Part shown: positions 61,980 through 64,000 of the stretch, in pieces
How the letters are laid out: every line of letters starts with the position of its first letter
Numbering within the stretch: position 1 is the first letter of the stretch
Source of the DNA: Enoplolaimus lenunculus
Taxonomy: Eukaryota
Length of the DNA stretch: 64,000 nt
NCBI GenBank assembly: GCA_030248215.1
Contig: JASANG010000245.1
Span: 248,001 to 312,000, forward strand
Direction: 5' to 3'
The notes under the pieces: model-generated
Database searches by the model: none
Seen by the model: the letters and a program-made list of their open reading frames with translations, nothing else
What the model was told of the DNA's origin: nothing
Translations under genes and position numbers: made by a program

Positions 61980-63643
61980 ACGTATGTTTGGTACTACAAG
62001 ATACGTATATGAATACGCCGCGAAATCGCATGAGAGCTGGATAGCGTCTCTCACATTTCCCAACGAATCCCGGTAAGGAATTCTAAGTGAAGCAGTACCA
62101 TATACTGTCTTTTATGAAAATTTTGCTACGGATGTGCGTTGGGGTTTGAATCCAAACATGTCGTTCCGGACCTGCACGTATAGTTACCTATTTTGTTAAC
62201 CGTGTTTCGTCATTTCGTACAGTTATTTTGTAATGAATGTATGTGTTATGTTTTGCTGCGCTGTAATATTTTCAATGTGTTAGCAAATTTTCATTTTTTA
62301 GCTCTTCTAAGCACGATTTTTTGTAATTATTTCAGTATGGGAGACAAACATTTTAGTCAGGATAATTTTGGTAGCCGACCCCTGTTATCAGCTAGGTGTA
62401 TATTTGTTTACAAAACTTATAAGCATCATTGTCGAATTTTCTTAGTGCACTGGGTGAAGCGAAATTTCGAACAATGGATGGTGTTTCGCGAAGCGTTTTA
62501 TGTTTTTACTACTTTGAAGTCAAAACAAGGATGTTTGTCCGACGAGAGTCTCAGTCACCGCTGAACCGGTTTTGATAAACTTTTTTTGTTTGAAAGCCAA
62601 TTATTTCGAGGCGTTAACGTCGCATTGGGGTTTTAAAATTTTAAGCCGTTTATTAGGTACAGGCTAATTTCGTATAATTGGGAAAGTCGGATTGCCGTTC
62701 ACTGGCCATTTCAGGTACGGCATTGCTTTATGATTTCGTCTCAAAACCAGTGTTTAACTATCTGAAAAGTTGTCAGACCGTCAAACGCTTTGAAATATCA
62801 GTTATTAGATTTAATAGTCAATGTGTTTGCGAATTTGCAACTCAAAAACATTCTTGTCAAAACTTTTTATTCCTGTAAACTGTACAGTACTGTTTGTTTA
62901 CATTTCGGTTCGCTCTTTAATTCTTTGCTTCATCCAGTAGAACGTGGCCTAATTTGCTTATAATATATACATATATATTGTCTCATGTTTATACATGTAA
63001 CATTTATTACAACACCTCGAACGCTGCTCAAAATACGTATGTGGGGCGTTTCAACTTTAATGACAAATATAAAACGTATGTAAGATTGACACGTTTCCTG
63101 TTTGCGAGTCATTTCTCGCAATGAATATTTCTTAAGAAAGTTACATAGAAAACACCAATCAAGGTTATTCCAGCTTTAATTACATTACATATCGGTTGAT
63201 ATGACATTTAAATTGGGTTTTTCGGTAATTCGCAAGCCTGCGTTCGCCCATAATTGGTCGGAGTTTGAAAATTTTTGAATGTTTGAGTTTAAAGTTAATT
63301 TGATATACGCATTCCTTAATTAATGTTTATGTTTTATATATTAAATAAATCTATATATTAAAGCTGGAACACCTCGCATACGTATTTTGGGCAACGTTCC
63401 AGAAGATTTGTATATCCATATGCAAATTTGCTTCTATTTTGTTATTTTTTTCAATTGTCAATCAAGTTTCAAGGCTTAGGTGTAGACTTGTTTGAACAAA
63501 TCTTTCTAAACAAATGTCAAGAAAGTTGCACATATATGCAACTATGGATTACTAGTAAAATTTATTAGAAACAAACAAACATATATACGTAATAATTATA
63601 TATACTTAGATGTGAGTAATGCATATTGTATATAATGTAACTA

Positions 63644-63773
63644 ATGGCTTGGACAGCACACAAATCTGAAGACGAACTTCGAGAGCACGAATGCTCTGAT
63701 GTAGAACTCGATGCAGCTGCTGAGCGCCTTGTAAGATGGATGCGTCGCTCGGAGCATACGGTTTTCTTTACCG
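63644..63773 (+). CDS. First coding exon of an NAD-dependent deacetylase, class IV sirtuin (SIRT6/SIRT7-like); gene runs off the window
   Basis: MAWTAHKSEDELREHECSDVELDAAAERLVRWMRRSEHTVFFTG|gttagt matches the SIRT6/7 pattern E..D..EEL..K...LA.....S..VV.HTG that precedes GAGIS. Confidence 0.7.
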
Positions 63774-64000
63774 GTTAGTAAGCTAAATTGTATACAGGAG
63801 TGTGACCAAGTTGGTGCTTTGGGGGGTGGGATTGTGTTTCTATCTCGACTGTTTCCAATTTATGAACAAAAAATTTATTTTATGTGCCATTTTAATTTAG
63901 CGATCAAATATTTTTAGCAAACCCAGACCCAGTGCTAGAGCAGCCACCATGCGTACCCCCATTTGGGAGGCACTCCATTGAGGGGTCCCCACCGTGAACA

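Overview
AT-rich eukaryotic genomic DNA, most likely from a nematode: it has spliceosomal GT-AG introns, many TTTCAG/TTTTAG acceptors and abundant TTAGGC telomere-type hexamers. The ORF track is mostly fragments, so I built spliced gene models by hand and checked intron phase at each junction. All well-supported genes are on the + strand: (1) the 3' part of a small PH-domain gene (~1.65-4.0 kb); (2) an 8-exon orphan type-I membrane protein of ~427 aa with a furin site, mucin-like stretch, 14-Cys ectodomain and a YxxL plus acidic-cluster tail (7.6-16.1 kb); (3) an SLC52/RFT riboflavin transporter (19.3-21.8 kb); (4) a 21-exon connector enhancer of KSR (CNK: SAM-CRIC-PDZ-PH, 28.65-52.56 kb) with a giant internal exon and a duplicated alternative mini-exon; (5) the first exon of a class IV (SIRT6/7-like) sirtuin at the right edge. 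Introns and intergenic DNA hold many short non-autonomous elements. The most distinctive are GGCC-ended MITEs with 8-bp target-site duplications (TSDs; Merlin-like) that carry internal telomeric TTAGGC arrays. Also present: CACTG-ended MITEs, CAGGG/TAGGG-ended hAT-like MITEs, non-autonomous Helitrons, a DINE-1/Helentron-like element, foldback elements and several tRNA-like Pol III units. No autonomous transposase is visible. All family assignments are by eye; no database searches were run.
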